From Trichoplax adhaerens (lineage: Eukaryota > Animalia > Placozoa): a DNA stretch of 64,000 nt. The stretch is taken from assembly GCF_000150275.1 (NCBI RefSeq), contig NW_002060953.1, forward strand, positions 903,693-967,692, in the 5' to 3' direction. Both the position numbers and the translations under genes were made by a program. Positions 12,083 to 26,733 of this stretch are shown here, piece by piece; positions within the stretch are counted from its first letter, which is position 1; each line of letters opens with the position of its first letter. The notes under the pieces were generated by a model. It did no database searches, was not told the origin of the DNA, and saw only the letters and a list, made by a program, of their open reading frames with translations.

Positions 12083-15000
12083 GATAGCTTGAAAAATGCA
12101 AATAAAAAATGAAAATTAGTACCGTATCAATATACGTGCATCTTTAAAATTAATTATAAATAATCGAGTTAGCACAAGTAGTGCGGCTACAAAAAAATCG
12201 TTATACAGATTCAAAGGTTATCATGAGAAATTCTAAGCGTATATTAACTACTACAAATGGCCAGATAGGTATTTGGTCATCGTCGTATTGGTCTAGATCT
12301 TATAGTATGATAAGGATCAGAGATAATATGAACGGGAAAAAGTTCACTGTACGAACCACCGTGAATGAACTAAATTTCATGAACTGTTATGACTAATACA
12401 TGATAGCAGCTGCCGAAAGGTATTTGAGGTTGTCTGATACTTGAATAAAAGAAAAGTTCTATAGTCGTTTAACGTAGGAGCAAAGGCGATTAAATTCTAA
12501 TGAGATAGTTAAGGGAAACTAAATCCTGGAAACTATAGTAATTTAGAGATTTGTTTTACGTTATCTTTTCTACGAAGCTGGTTTGTGATAGAAAAAAATC
12601 TATTAAATTTATTACTTCTAGATAAGAAAATAATATCATAATTGCTAATGATCCTTACCAGATGAATAGTTATCAGTCCTAACCAAGAAGTGATAAAAGT
12701 CAGCAGGCGATAAGCACCAATATTTATAGCTTTTGGAACAATGAAGGAATGACTCGTCAATTAACTTAGATGGGATAGATTTCATAAACCAATATTGATC
12801 AATGATTTGTTTATTTGTTATTTATTTCCGTTCTATGCCAGCAAACCAACTAAGCAATACTAAGTACGCTTTAATTTCCATCGATTTTAAAAGAGTTATT
12901 TATCTATGCAAATGTGCGCAAAGGTCGTATGCCATAAGTAGTAATTATTTATTGGTTAAGCGAATTTTACATTGTTAGCGGAATCTAATGGCGGAATAAA
13001 TTATATTGTTAATCAATCCCGACAACGCTTAAATCTACATTATGAACACGCACCATAATTTTCGTTCGTTAGAAAAATATCAGAGTATAGTAAACAATTT
13101 CTACCGTAGTTAGTGGGAGTAGAAAAAAGGTGTCGGAAATAACCTCATCTAAATTGTGCCAAGTTAGTTTTGCAATAAGGAAATTAGTTATTAAATAGAT
13201 GAGATGATATGAAAAGCAGGCTTGAAGTAGTAAATCAGACCGTAAGATAAATAGTATAAGTTCAAAAGCTCACACAGTCTAAGAAGGTTAGATTAAAATT
13301 TTTTCCTGTGGGGAAATTAGGAATTAAATTGAAAGAATGATAGAAAAACAAATAAATATCATTTCCGCGTATAGATAAGTTAATATCTATTCTGAATATA
13401 TTGCATAGATAACGAATTGTATGAAAGCAAAATATAAGGTAATGACTAGGAGTAATTTAAAAATACGTTTAAAAAAGTGATATTGATTAAGGAAATGTAT
13501 AAAAGAAGATTTCCAACTCAAGAATCGGAACCGTTGAACGATAAAAAGTTTGATTTATAAGCGTTGCTTAATCTCAAAATGAATTTAAAGATATCTGATA
13601 TTCAAATCATCAACCAGTCAAGACTATGTCCTCTAATTTATTATGTGGCCGCCCATGCCTTTATGAAAGGAAGTGTAAATAAGGTAAAAGATTATGATTC
13701 CGGATATAAATTAAGTAAACACATTAACGGATATTGAATAATATCAAGTCAATCAGAAGAAAGACTAATGATAAAACTTATTACCATCGGACTTAAGATG
13801 ATATAAATATTAACATAATCATTAATCATCATGAAGAGCTATCTAGGACTAAAATTATACTAAGTATCATTTCTGAATTATAGGCTACAATTTGCAATTC
13901 ATGAAGTGCACATGAATTGTAAATAGTATGCTTAAGGTTAGGCAACGTTTTTTTACATAATTTTTAAATTAAAATAATAATTATCGATGCGACTGTATGA
14001 TAAGGTATATTACGTTATTATGGTAAATAAAACATGCGATTTATATGATTTACTATTAATGCAACGTACAGTAATTTTGTAGCTAAATCACTTTAACCAT
14101 CTGATTCCATCACAGCGATAAAGATTACCAAGTGAAGCTAATAAGTACTTCCATATTTCTTCTTATTACTGACTTTATAGTAATATCGTCCAGATATCTA
14201 ATTAATAATATGATTTCCGGGCAATCATGAAAAATTTCTATATCTATCTTATGATATAATGCACTGGTCTACTAAGTTGATTGGCGTTGTACAACCTATT
14301 CTAATTCAAATCATGAACTTGCATAATTATTTCCGATAACTTTCTGGCAGGAAAGTTCGTAGAAAAAAATGCAACCATCATCATAATTAAATAAGAATAT
14401 ATAATATTGACAATACGATTAAGGCTTGCACTTAAATCAACTTTAAAACGAGATACAATCAAGTTCAGTATCGATAAACTTTTATCATGATAATTTAGTC
14501 AAATCTTCAAACTTTGGACCTTACAATGCCAGCATTCATCGAAAGTAAAGTTCACTTGCAATCATTTCAAACGTCATATGGACCTTTACTTACTTTATTA
14601 ATTACCCTACCGAGAGAAAGGAGCACGTGATTTAGGTGTTTTAATAATCTGTAATTCTAAAATGTCAAATCAGCAAATAACCTTCATTAATTTCTTTTAT
14701 ATGCTAATGGAAACGTATCCGATGGCCTGCTTTCCTGCTAACACTCTCTGAAAATATTTGACATACTGCATTCCAAAAATGTTTATGTTACGTTTTCTAA
14801 ACGAATTACTTAGTACCTTAAATTTATATTGACCATTTATTTGCGTTACTAACCAATTCACTTTATTTATTTTGTAAATTAACCCTACACATCAGATTTT
14901 ATTTAACAAATGTATCAAACGAGTGTATATGTGTATAATGTAGTATTCTTTATATATTTATTTTTACATAACATATGTATCTCGTTAATTTAATGCTATA

Positions 15001-18000
15001 TTGGATTACAGACTAACGACTGACGATTTGCAACTGTAATTAATATAGTCCCGGTATATAATAAAGAATTATAATTAATGAATAATTAAAGTAGTGTATT
15101 TAGGACCATTTAAGCTAGAATAAAGGTTCATAATGTATTTAAAATTTTGAAAATTTCTATCGTATAAGCACTAGTATAAGATAATACTTGTATTCGTTGA
15201 TACTAAAATACTTTCTGAATTTATAATGGACTTAAACCTTAAATTTGTTTCTAAGTATTATCACATATCTACAGTATTAAGTGCCCTTTAAAGACAAATT
15301 CAGTGCAATAATCAGTTCTTAACCCTGCTTCATGATAATTATCTTCTAGAATTGTTTACTAACTTTTGTAGCGAATTAAATCCATCCTTTTTGATATCAT
15401 TCGCGTGCTATTATATTGTTATGCTTGAACTCATAAAGCTCGTTCATTAAGTAACGAGTATTTCCTTAACTTATTACATCACCTTTAAATGCAATTATAG
15501 CCTATTATAATCGACCTTCGAAGTTTATTCACATTTAACATATTGCGTTATGGAGTTGCTACTGTTTCGAGTTCTTCTAACAATCTGTAACTACAAGCCG
15601 TACTCCTTTATACTGATAAAGGTTAGCAAGGTAACTGCAAAAGTATATTACCCAAATTTAAGGTTTGTAACTTGTGCGAACAGAGGTTACTTTATACATA
15701 CTTTTAGACTTATCTGCAGAACCTTGTTTACAAGCAGATAGGGTCTTGCTTAAATAAAAGCTAAAGACAATGCGTATGGCTCTATGTAAGAAAAAGCCAG
15801 AAGTTTTCTATCGGACTTATTATTTGTTCTTCAAATCATTGCTACTATTGAAGATTTAAGTAAACAAAGATTTTATTATCCACTTATTTATTAGCAACCT
15901 TAACTACGAAAATGATGATCATCTCTAGGCAATTGCGGTACTTATTCTGCAGAACCAATTATGATATGAAGAGTGCTGGAATCCAATTGTATTCATAAGA
16001 ATTTATTCTAAAAGATTCATCAGAAGAAGCAGATATTATCACTTCTGTATCTGAATCAGATAATAGTTCTAATCAGTTTATTATTGCCACAACTGTATTT
16101 TCTGTATAGTGCAGTACACGAAGGTCAATTCAAATTTTTCAGTAACTAGGTAGAATAAGATAAATAAAAGTGACTCTGTCAACAATGCAATGCATGCAAT
16201 TTCTAAATTAGATTTAATTTTAGAGTTAAACATTACACTAATGAACTTTACATACCGATTATGAGACAATTCGATTATAGTAAATAAGCTTATGTCCTCG
16301 GGACAAAAACATTTGCACGTGTACAACCCCGATCTTCGATACATGATGAATTAACGAGAAAATTTGTCTTGACGACCTACTAATGGACTATTCTATTGTT
16401 TTTATGAAAGTGAAGGGTGGAAGCAATAAAATCAATCCGTTCTATAAATAAACCTAACAATCTTAGTTAATGTTATATTCTAAGAAAATAGTCTTCTAGC
16501 AGGCATTAGTTTAATACTACGACCTGGTGGATAATTATACAAGAACCGCTCTCTTTTGATAAGGTGATAAAAAGGGGTAACTAATTCGGATTGACTTTGT
16601 TGATATCGTAAAATGACAAAAGATTCATTGGTGTGGGTGGTTATGCTAATCTTATTTATATTTGACTACGTTCACAGGGTAAACATCCATGCTTAAATTA
16701 AACATTATACTAGGATTATCTTATTTAATTATAGTATTAGCATTTGTATAATTGATAATGTACACAGGATCAGCATTCATCAAAATGTTATTTTACAAAG
16801 ATTTAACGAATTTCGAAATCTGTGGCCTTTCAAGCGCAATTTTTAATCCCTTTTTATTTCATCCCTGGACCGTTTAAGTGTTCTAGGAAGTAAAGCATAA
16901 ACTGCATTTTGCTCTGCGGCTGCAAATTAACTGCTAGCGTGTAATAGTTTCTTCAAAGTTCTAACTGTACGAGTGGGTTAACATAATTCTAGGTAAATAA
17001 TTCATATATATCGAGACTACTTTGAAGTAATTCTCGAGTACTGTAGTATTAGACAGGTTAGACTCGAGATCCTCGTGTACAGTTCGTAAGGGCTTCATTC
17101 AGATTATTAGACGCTTGCAGAGAAAATTGGACTGAAGCTAGCTAATTAAATAATTTCATCATTCAGTGAAGCATGGATAAATCTTTAGTATTGTATCGTG
17201 AGTTATTATAGTTTGTATCGCTGTTTCATGAATTTACGACGGCTCCAAGATCAAGCAACAATTTAATCCTGTTTTTCGTTAAATTATGTATAAATATAGT
17301 AATATATTTATATACATACCTAAGGCCTCCGTTCTGGATCAACCACTAAACTATTGTCCTTAACTCTTATTTCACTTCTAGCATTTGATTTGACCATTAC
17401 TTATAAGTTGTATGTATACATTGATTCTCAGCATAGTTAAGGTATACTTGTTAGAGTATCAAAGTAAGCGTCCATAAATCTGGTAAGATCTTCCAGTACC
17501 GTATCCTTTAACTCCAATTACAAGGAGGATAGAACATATTATAGAATCGGGTAATATGACGCGAAAAATTGAACGTAAACCTTATGCTACATAATTATTC
17601 TTTATCTGCATTCCCTAAAAGCTTTTCAATCCTTGCCGTGAGTTTTTAGTCTCATATACAAAATTAGATACGATAGCATTATTTCATAATTCCTATACTC
17701 CAAATGCCCCTTATTCCGTGGAATTCAGCCAAAATGGCACTGCCTAAAGTTGAAAGATAAAATACATACAAAATCTTTGTTCTTATATGAATTAATGATG
17801 GATCTAGCAAAAAACGGATTGTTAGCCATGCATCATCAGAACTAGTAGATTAATCGAATTTAAAGGCTTATAATCCATGAAAACAAGATAGCTTCAAAGG
17901 GTATTTTAATTAGTCTACAGATCCTGGTGCACATTCCAATAGGTTCTTGCCTAATTTACCGGCATTAGACACCTGTAAAGTACATTAGTCTACAACATCT

Positions 18001-20798
18001 CAATTATATAATTCTAAAAGCAATTTTTGATAGAAGCACATGTTGTTTACGCAAGTAAGTTTGCTTTTTAAGTTAACTAGCTATTTTTGCATCATCTGAC
18101 ATTGAATAAGAAGCACACTGGTCATAAAAATCCCCTTTTTACTTGCAACAAGGCGATCAATGACGAGGAATTCTTTTCGTTATGGAGTTGGTAAGATATT
18201 ACTTTTCATGCCTATTTTATTTCTAGTGTTGTAACTAGTTTGAAGTAAATTAGCCATCATTGCATCACTCATTGTGCAAAACAGGATCTACTGAACATCC
18301 GTTTGAGTATATTGATTAACTACATAGCTAAGAATAGGAAGCACATTCTGATAAATGACTAAAATTCATTTGCTTTTCACTTGCCCTAACTTGATCAGCT
18401 ATGGTACTGATTTTCATTCACTTTTCAACCTACGGCCATGTTGGCTACATAGTTGGATCAATCTTTAAGTCTGCGCGTGAAAAAAGTAGTTATGTGCAAT
18501 ATAGTACTGTTACGGCTCTACGTTACCTAAATAATAGTTTAAGAAAGATTATTGGTGACAGTGTTTCTGCATTATAGTATAATAATTTAGGGTTGTTATT
18601 ACTAAATTGCACTATGATAGGGACACTTTGAAACAAGGCGGAGATTAAGGGATAACACCGATTTATTTATTATATTTTATCTATCAAGCCAATCACAGTA
18701 ATCAGTGAGTCTTGCAAACAAGTATAACATTATACTGGTTGACACAATCCATCCACCACCACTAAACTAATTTAGATTTATTTACGAGCTGTGACATTAA
18801 AATCTTAAATTACGTTACCGTTCATCATTAAATCTACCGAATGAAAGAAAATACTCTATGAAGGAGAATACTAAATATTAATGTTCATTATAATAGTATA
18901 CTAGTTGAGAACCTTTTGGAATGGTAGTTCTTAGGAGTTATAGTAGCAGTACTATATTCTGACTAGATCTTTCGACAGATTAGGGGAGTAATTTGTAGAG
19001 GTAACTCAAAGTAAGTTCTTTACATTAGACTAGTGAACTTGCCTGAAGTAGTCTGTGACAGCACATACTTACATTTATCAGCTATTGTAACCACTAAATT
19101 AACCTTCAACTTACCTTATATAGGATTACTTCAGTAGCTTATAACTCGGTAGGTTACGTAGATAATATTATTAAACGGAGATATGTTTTATAAAGGTAGG
19201 TAGGAAAGTTTTGAATTCAATCAACTGTCTTTATAGAACATTTATAGCATAATGTCAAATCATTTTCAACATCAAGTGGACATCATCGATTAACGCTGAA
19301 TTGGAAGCACATTATGCAGCCCATGGACTCAAGTTCTCCTTCTTTTATCACTTGCTTTTAATTTATTAATACGATAGATTAGATAGACTGTAACGATGTT
19401 ATGATGATGCCAATGAGATTTTACTTTGAAGTCGATTTCATTCGCAGCACTACTAGACGCATGCAATGAAAAATGAAATTGTCTATTGCCAGATTAAGCT
19501 AAATAATCAAGGCAATAACAGATGTTTATCATACACATTAGCAAATTTCTTAGTATTAACCAACTTAAATACCATAGTACAACTGACATTAAAGCTATTT
19601 TTGCATGCTTATCATTGCAAGCTAAATCTTTGCTGTGAAAAGACTCATAAGATCAAAATTACTTAAAGTACAATATGTGCGATCCGTTAACTGTGCCATA
19701 AATGCAGCCTCATAGGACCACCTGCTAGAATAATTTCATAGTTATCAAGTTTTCGCTTTCTATAGCAAGATCGTAAGCTGCTCGATATGAAATTCACAAT
19801 ACCGAGGTATAATTTAAGACTCCAAATGTACTAAAGTTATAAACTTCATTTTTCGTTAAGCTATTGCAGTTCCATGATGTTTTAATGACAGATGAGCTTC
19901 GTCATTCTACTAATTAATTAGTCTAAAGCTAAATTCGAACAAGGTGGTAAGTTGGCTCCATCATTGCTATAGCATTTGCTTCATATCGATATTGACAAGC
20001 ATTCTTAGTCATGTCTTATGCATGATTTTTTTTTAAGTAGATCATATCAATCAACTTATCCTGCTTGTAAATATATCATTGTTACAGCCATATTTATATT
20101 CCATTATTTATTTATCTACTGATTAAATTCGTCAATTTATCAAAATTATACTTGGCTACTTCGCAGTATTACACAAAGTTATTTTATTTAATTTACTGTA
20201 CTATGAATTGAATGCATTACCCAATCGTTTCGCAATTAAGGCTACATTAATGTCAGCTCCTGATACTCAATAAACGGTATAAACCTGGATAAATTATTTG
20301 TTATGCTTCTTATTAGTCACTAATCTACTGTAAAATACTTGATGATATTCAATTACATTCGTTATGTTTATTATTGTTTAGTAATTAATCTAACATTGAG
20401 ATTTTTATAATATTAAATTACATGATAGAGTAGTCAAGATACAACATCGAAAACTGCTCCGGTTAAGCTATACAATTTAGAATCAATGCGATAAACTGCG
20501 TGAGATAAATTGTAAAAATTATCCAAATTCGACTTAAACACCTGCAACACTGGTTAATTCAAAACTACATTCCGCTATAGCGATTAAGTTTAAAACATCG
20601 GTACTACTTGATTACCTGTGCCTCTTATTCGTTATTGTTAGAGTCATGCAAAGTTTAATTACTATATATTACAATAGTAGATGATTCCTTCGTCAAGAGC
20701 TAATTCTGAGCTCTTATATTGTAGAATAGCAACATGTCTCCATGAAAAACTGTAGGAAAAAGGTGTATAATCAATTATACTGGGATAACTCATAACCA

Positions 20799-21081
20799 TT
20801 ACAAGCTTCTCTTCCATTCGGCTATTTTTCTTCGACTTGGTCAGCTATAGCATTGATTTTCATCTTACGTAAAGCTGCAACTACTACGGAAATATCAGCA
20901 TCTTGCCCGACGTTATTTTTCCACAATATCAGAACTTTGTACACTTTATTGTAACGGTTATGCTCTCTACTTGAAATATCTTCAATTTCTACTTGTGGCG
21001 AATGAAACGAGATTCACAAACGAAATAAATTGTCTATATTGAGTCGGTTTGCTATTATATCGAAGCACCTTATATCCATTC
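20799..21081 (-). pseudogene. Orphan death-domain terminal exon (type A) with premature stop
   Basis: MDIRCFDIIANRLNIDNLFRL*...REHNRYNKVYKVLILWKNNVGQDADISVVVAALRKMKINAIADQVEEK is homologous to 50102-50379 and 33504-33787. The flanking intron and 3' sequence are homologous too. Confidence 0.85.
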
Positions 21082-22884
21082 TTGTATTAAAAATAAAATT
21101 GAAAACATGAACTAGTCTTCAAGTCGTCAAGGTTGCATCTGATCTAGCACGCACGTTTAGCAATAATATTGGGCAATTTTTTTCGTAACTACTGCAATTT
21201 TAAAACCTATGATATGTTATAAAATATAAACTACTACAAATACTGCTTCTTAGGATTTTTAATCGTCACTTTTGCGTTGAATCAATTTGAGCATTATGAA
21301 TTCTTATAGAAAGTCTGCTAGATAATCAATCTTAGAACTAATTAAAATCTGAATTAACTCATAAAAAATTGCCTATTATGAACGTATTTTACTGGTAGTT
21401 AGCTAACCTTATAAAGTTTATTGAATAAACAATCCTAAAATAAATTATGGTCGTAAATTTAATTCATAAATAATTGTTTAGTCAGTAAATTAGTTTACTG
21501 GTAGCTAGAATATTCTAAATACGGATCCTCAAATTCGTTGATGATATCATTAGCTAACAAAACTGTACGCGATCATATCATCAGTGACAAAAATAACTGA
21601 AAGCGTTACTTCAATTTAAGTCTAGTTGAGTGCCTCATTACAATTTGCTAACTTTTGCCTTAATTTCACTCATAACGTGTTACAATTTTAAAGTATACTG
21701 TATTCATATTATCTACTCTTATAAAATTTAATTTATATCATCAGTATAACTATAAGTCCGGGTATCAAAAAAATACTCAAAGCTTATCCCATAATCTCTC
21801 TAGTTAACGTTATGATTAAGGCCCCGAAATAGTTTCATGGCTAATGAACAGCAATCATCATTATGATTCTTTTCTAAACAGATTTGAAACTTTATATCGA
21901 CTGTAAGCTATACTGTAGTTCCATTTAACAGCACTATAACAATGAATGCAAAGTCTTACTCATTTAATTTTCATTTTATGGCGGAGCCTAGTTACGTAAT
22001 AGTGTCCTGAAGTTTTTAATTACCATGTAACACCTTGACATATAACAATTTAAATTTTCGTGCATGCCGCTTTGGTCAACTTAAATGAGATTGCTAGTGA
22101 GCGTACTTAAAACATGAATTCAGATTAAGTTTGTGATCTAATTAGGAGCGATAAAACTAGATATGATGTTAAGTACTACAGAGGTGTGATATATACCAAT
22201 CACGAAATTCCAAATTTTAGAAAAATAAGGGCTTTTATTGAATCTTATACAAAGATTAACTACACAGCTCTACTCTAGCCGAATACTACTTCTAAAGACT
22301 TCTTGAACGAACTAACAGGATAATCTAAAGTTGCATGCTTTTATACTTTCCGTAGCATTCGCAGCTACAATCCGCATGGCAACCTTTTACCTTATTTTAC
22401 ACATAGTTAAATTATTCTTAGTAAGACTATTCTACTGCGGACCATCATTAATCCAATATGGATACGACTACAGTACTTACGTAGACATTATTCACACCAG
22501 CCAAAGTACAATGAATTAACCATATCCTAATATATGATTTACAGTTCTATTTTTACCTATAGCCATATTAGTAACTCAACAGCTTACTGTATATAGTCAT
22601 CTGTACTCTAGCATAGAGTCTCTACCACTACAGTCTATAGTTACAGCTACCAAATATCTCTTAGGATAAATATCTACCGTACATTATACTACACATGGTT
22701 AACAGTCTACAATCACAATACTAAGTTACATTACAAGAGGCTATGGTTGCAGATTGAAAACATGATTACAGATCTGTACTGATTATTAAATATTAAGTGA
22801 GCAAAAGAAATGCGCGATTAATAAAAGTGTAGTAACAGTCTAATCCGATACGTATATAATAAATTAAATGATTTCGATGATAAA

Positions 22885-23565
22885 ATGTTACCGCACAACG
22901 TATTTTCTAATCAAATTTGAAAGCTGGATTTAGTCTTGACTGCTACTTTTGCAATTACTGCTGTTATTTTGCTGCCACTAATTGAACAAGTGGATAAGAT
23001 TCAACACATAATTTTATTTTACCTGTAGTGTAATAGGAAAGTATATTCGAGCTATTAATCATAAGTAGTAAAAGCAGTGACAAGTTGTTACAAGTCTAGC
23101 CAATAAATTCATGACTTATAGTAACCTGGAGAGACATGATGCATTCTTAATTTACGTTCAGGTTGACAATGCTTAGGCCGAAGCCAAGTTATTACTTTTA
23201 TTGAGCCAAGATAGAAGCACAACAAACGCTCTATTAATAAAAGTGCTATACTAATCTAATTCAATACCTGTATAATAGAGTACGCGTAGGTATTTCGATA
23301 AAACTACCGTATAGCGTATCCTAATCAAATTTGAAAGCAGGTTTTAGCCTTGTCTGCTAACGTTGCTAATGAGCCAACAAGTGGGTAATAATACAAGCAA
23401 TATTATTGCCAACAAATAATACTATTGTTCCTTTAGCTTAAGGGGAAAGTATTTTCAGATTATAAACTATAAGATGTAGACGTAATCCCAAGTCATCAGA
23501 AGTCCAATGAAAAAAATCAAGGCGTTATGATATCCTGGAGATACATGATGCATTCCTAATCCAAT
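22885..23565. repeat. Degenerate two-copy tandem duplication, period ~410 bp
   Basis: 'ctaatcaaatttgaaagc.gg.tttag.cttg.ctgcta' occurs at ~22907 and ~23321. 'cctggaga.acatgatgcattc.taat' occurs at ~23125 and ~23534. Confidence 0.75.
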
Positions 23566-24603
23566 GTATCCATCGACATCAAGTAGTTATCTGACACTTT
23601 GACGTGCATACGAGTCGTATTGCAAGTTGACTCAATTCAATCAGACAGTGAACTGCAGTAGTATAGAGTATTTCCCGAAGTCAAGTTTATAATTGGGTAA
23701 ATATCAAGTTACAACTCAAATGTCAAGTTAAGGTTTAACACGTTGGATTGTAAGAGCTATTATATATTTACTAGCTATGACAGCCTAAATCGATAGATCA
23801 ATGTATACTTTTACACGTTACTGCGCTTACGTTGCTGACACAACTGCATACAAGGACGCTAATGCTAGACTATCCAATATTCAAGTTTAACGATACACTT
23901 CAAAATTAAACAAATACTACTACAGTAAAGAGTACATCGAAGCACCATGACTTCTATTAATTTGTTATTACGCAGAAATTACGGACATAAGGCAAATGAA
24001 TCATATTTTTAAATTACAATAGCTGTTTCTGCTTCATAGTTAGCGGCTTTATACAATACTATGCCATTCTTGTTATAAAAAATCAAATGAAGTTAAATTT
24101 CGATCTATTTATACATCATGTAATACTTCAATATTTCACGTCTAATGGCGATAAAACTACAACATAGAAAATATAGCCATTGTAGTTTATTGATAATTGT
24201 AAGCAAGCCAACAAGAAATTAAATTAGGACTATCGATAAATTAAAAATTTTTTAATTTTTAGTATTTAATTGACATTTTTAATACTATAGTATAACGCTG
24301 TGTAAAACTGACAACCATCTATAAAATTAAGAATGTTAATCCAAATTACTATTAGTTTGCTGGGAAGTTTAAAGTTTACTTGTAAAATCATCGTAAGCTG
24401 AAAAGTAACTAAGCTTGTATTGTATTCCCTGTTTTTGAAGGGTTATCTGTTAGGATAGTTAAATTAATTTAGAAGAGTAATTTAAGAAGGTAAAGGCATT
24501 CTATAATAATTTTGTCTTGGCGCATATTTTATAAGTTCAATTTAAATGTACGATAAATTATAAGCTGTATTGAAGATGGCTTTGAGGATAGGCTGTTTGC
24601 ACT

Positions 24604-26733
24604 CTAGAAATTTTGTTCGTTGTTCTTTGACAGAATGATGTCATTCCTACCAATAGTTTGCAAAGCCCGCTGCAATCGGCTAATGCTAACATTGGGATGT
24701 GCCTTTTTGTACCAGTAATTGAGCAATTCCATTGCCTGGTTAAAGACATGGTCGCGATTTTGTTCCATTATAACCTTAACACAAATCGTTGGATCTAGGA
24801 TGGCCGCTAACTGTGGCCAGTCTGTGCCAATAGAGCTTGCAATAGGGTGAAAATACTTCCTAGGATCTATATAGTACAAGTAGAAACTTTACTATGAAGT
24901 ACTATACGAGTATGTTGTAACAATTTCAATTGCAAATAAATTACTTGATTTTACATGATATAAAGTACAATATTTACATAATGAGCTCTTATGTCGCAAT
25001 TAGAGTTGAATAATCATCTGGTTCGCTATAATTATTTATGTAATGGTAATAATGGCATTAGCGATAGCACAGGTGGAACTGTACTTCTATTGTAAGACTA
25101 ATAGAAATAAATGGCTCTAATTCGAATTTGAATAACTCTGTAAACGAACTACTTACTGGACAAACAATGTACAAATAAATTAAGATTGAATATTTTTTAA
25201 TTCATAAATCATTATTTATTATGTTCAGTAGCTTACTAGTAGCTAGAATATTCTAATGACGATCTTAAAAATTCGTCAGTGATATCATTATCTAGTAAAA
25301 CTGTATGCGATCATATCATCAGTGGCAAACGTAGCTTAAAGAATTACATCCATTGACGAGGTAAGGTATTCCTATGTTAGAATTTACACGGAGTAATTGC
25401 TCTTAAGCATATTTGAATCGATCTACAATTGGATTACTAAATGCAATTGAGAATGATTGATAGATATCAATTCAATAGAGGTTTACCTTTATCTTTGGTA
25501 TCTTTCCTTTGGTCTAAAGTAGTGGAATAAAAATAGCCACAATCGATTAGTAGTTGTATCGTTTAAGTAATCAATACAGTAAATTAGTGCCCATAATGTT
25601 TGATAATAATCAACTATTGTTTACGCTATTACAAAATCACCTTGTATTAAATAGTAAAATAGCTATGATAGAGTACATTTATGCCTCTTTGCTTGCTCTA
25701 GCGTATGACTTTAGTTTATTATATCATGAAAAGTGATAATATAAGAATGAAGCTGCTGTTTATTCTCACATGCTTACCTATCCAGAAATTTTCATTATAA
25801 ATCATCCAATCGTTCAAAGATTGACTGGCAAATTCCATCTTACAATGCTTACATTGAATCCAATTTTGATCTCCTTCCTTGTATTCTTCGGTTATACTTG
25901 TTGGTGTATTATATTCACTACATTTGACGAAATATCGACAAGCAGCCCCTTTAAACTTGACCATCCTTTCATTGACAGTGGAGATGAGTTTGTTCTTGAC
26001 AATTTCGTGTGGCCGTTTGACAAATATAGAATTTGTAACTTTATCGATAATCGATTGACTAGAGCCCAATATCATGATGACTGTGACCAAGAAGTAATAA
26101 TCGAATCTTGAGTGGCTTGTTATATGTAGAAAGAGCCAAATTATACTCGCCTCGTTTCTCATAGACAACTCCAATATTGTTATATAACATCGGGATGATT
26201 GTGACCAAGAACTAATAATCCAACTTTAAGGGATTTGTCATACTTAGAAAGCGCCTTTGTAGACTTGCCCTGATGACTGTAGATGCGCCCAATCTGCGGA
26301 TAACTATCAGCAAGGCGTGGATCATTTTTAATGGAAACATTTTAATTTCAAGTTCAGCTATTTATAACAGCCTTCCAGTGTTTCTTTCCAATCCCATTAC
26401 CATCCCTTAATCTTACTTTGTCTGTCTAACTATTCAGCCATTTTCACTTTATCTTGCAGTTAAGTAGGCAGAGATGTCCCTTTTCTTTCCATTCTTTGCT
26501 TTCTTCCGTTCTTTTTGTAAAATATAAATATCGCACATATCAAGACATATATCGCATCGAAGTCGATTAATCTTGACACAAGGATTGCAAAACACTTGAA
26601 TCTCATCTAGAGCTTGCGTAGAATAAGATAATCCTTGGGTTCAATTGTAGGTAGTCTTGTACTTTTCACCATTTTCATACAATGATTGTATATGAGGAGG
26701 AATTATAGAGTGGATGGATTTATTATCGGCCAT
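24604..26733 (-). pseudogene. Internally deleted/chimeric TPR-ROCO gene: decayed TPRs joined to the COR C-terminus, micro-exon and death domain (type B)
   Basis: From 26733, MADNKSIHSIIPPHIQSLYENG... continues with stops and frameshifts. At ~26060 the TPR sequence joins directly to SQSIIDKVTNS..., so Roc is absent. Donor after 25778; 27-nt exon 25513-25487 (DQRKDTKDK); death-domain exon 24866-24604 (DPRKYFHPIASSIGTDWPQLAAIL...ALQTIGRNDI). Confidence 0.85.

Noticed and set aside
16585-16820. Kinase-like words (FIGVGGYAN, HQNVI) on the + strand
   Set aside because: No HRD, DFG or APE motifs were found, and the frames are broken. It is too weak to call without a search.
12100-19200. Short ORFs in the long AT-rich tract
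   Set aside because: No recognisable domains or consistent exon chain; no RNA gene was evident by eye.
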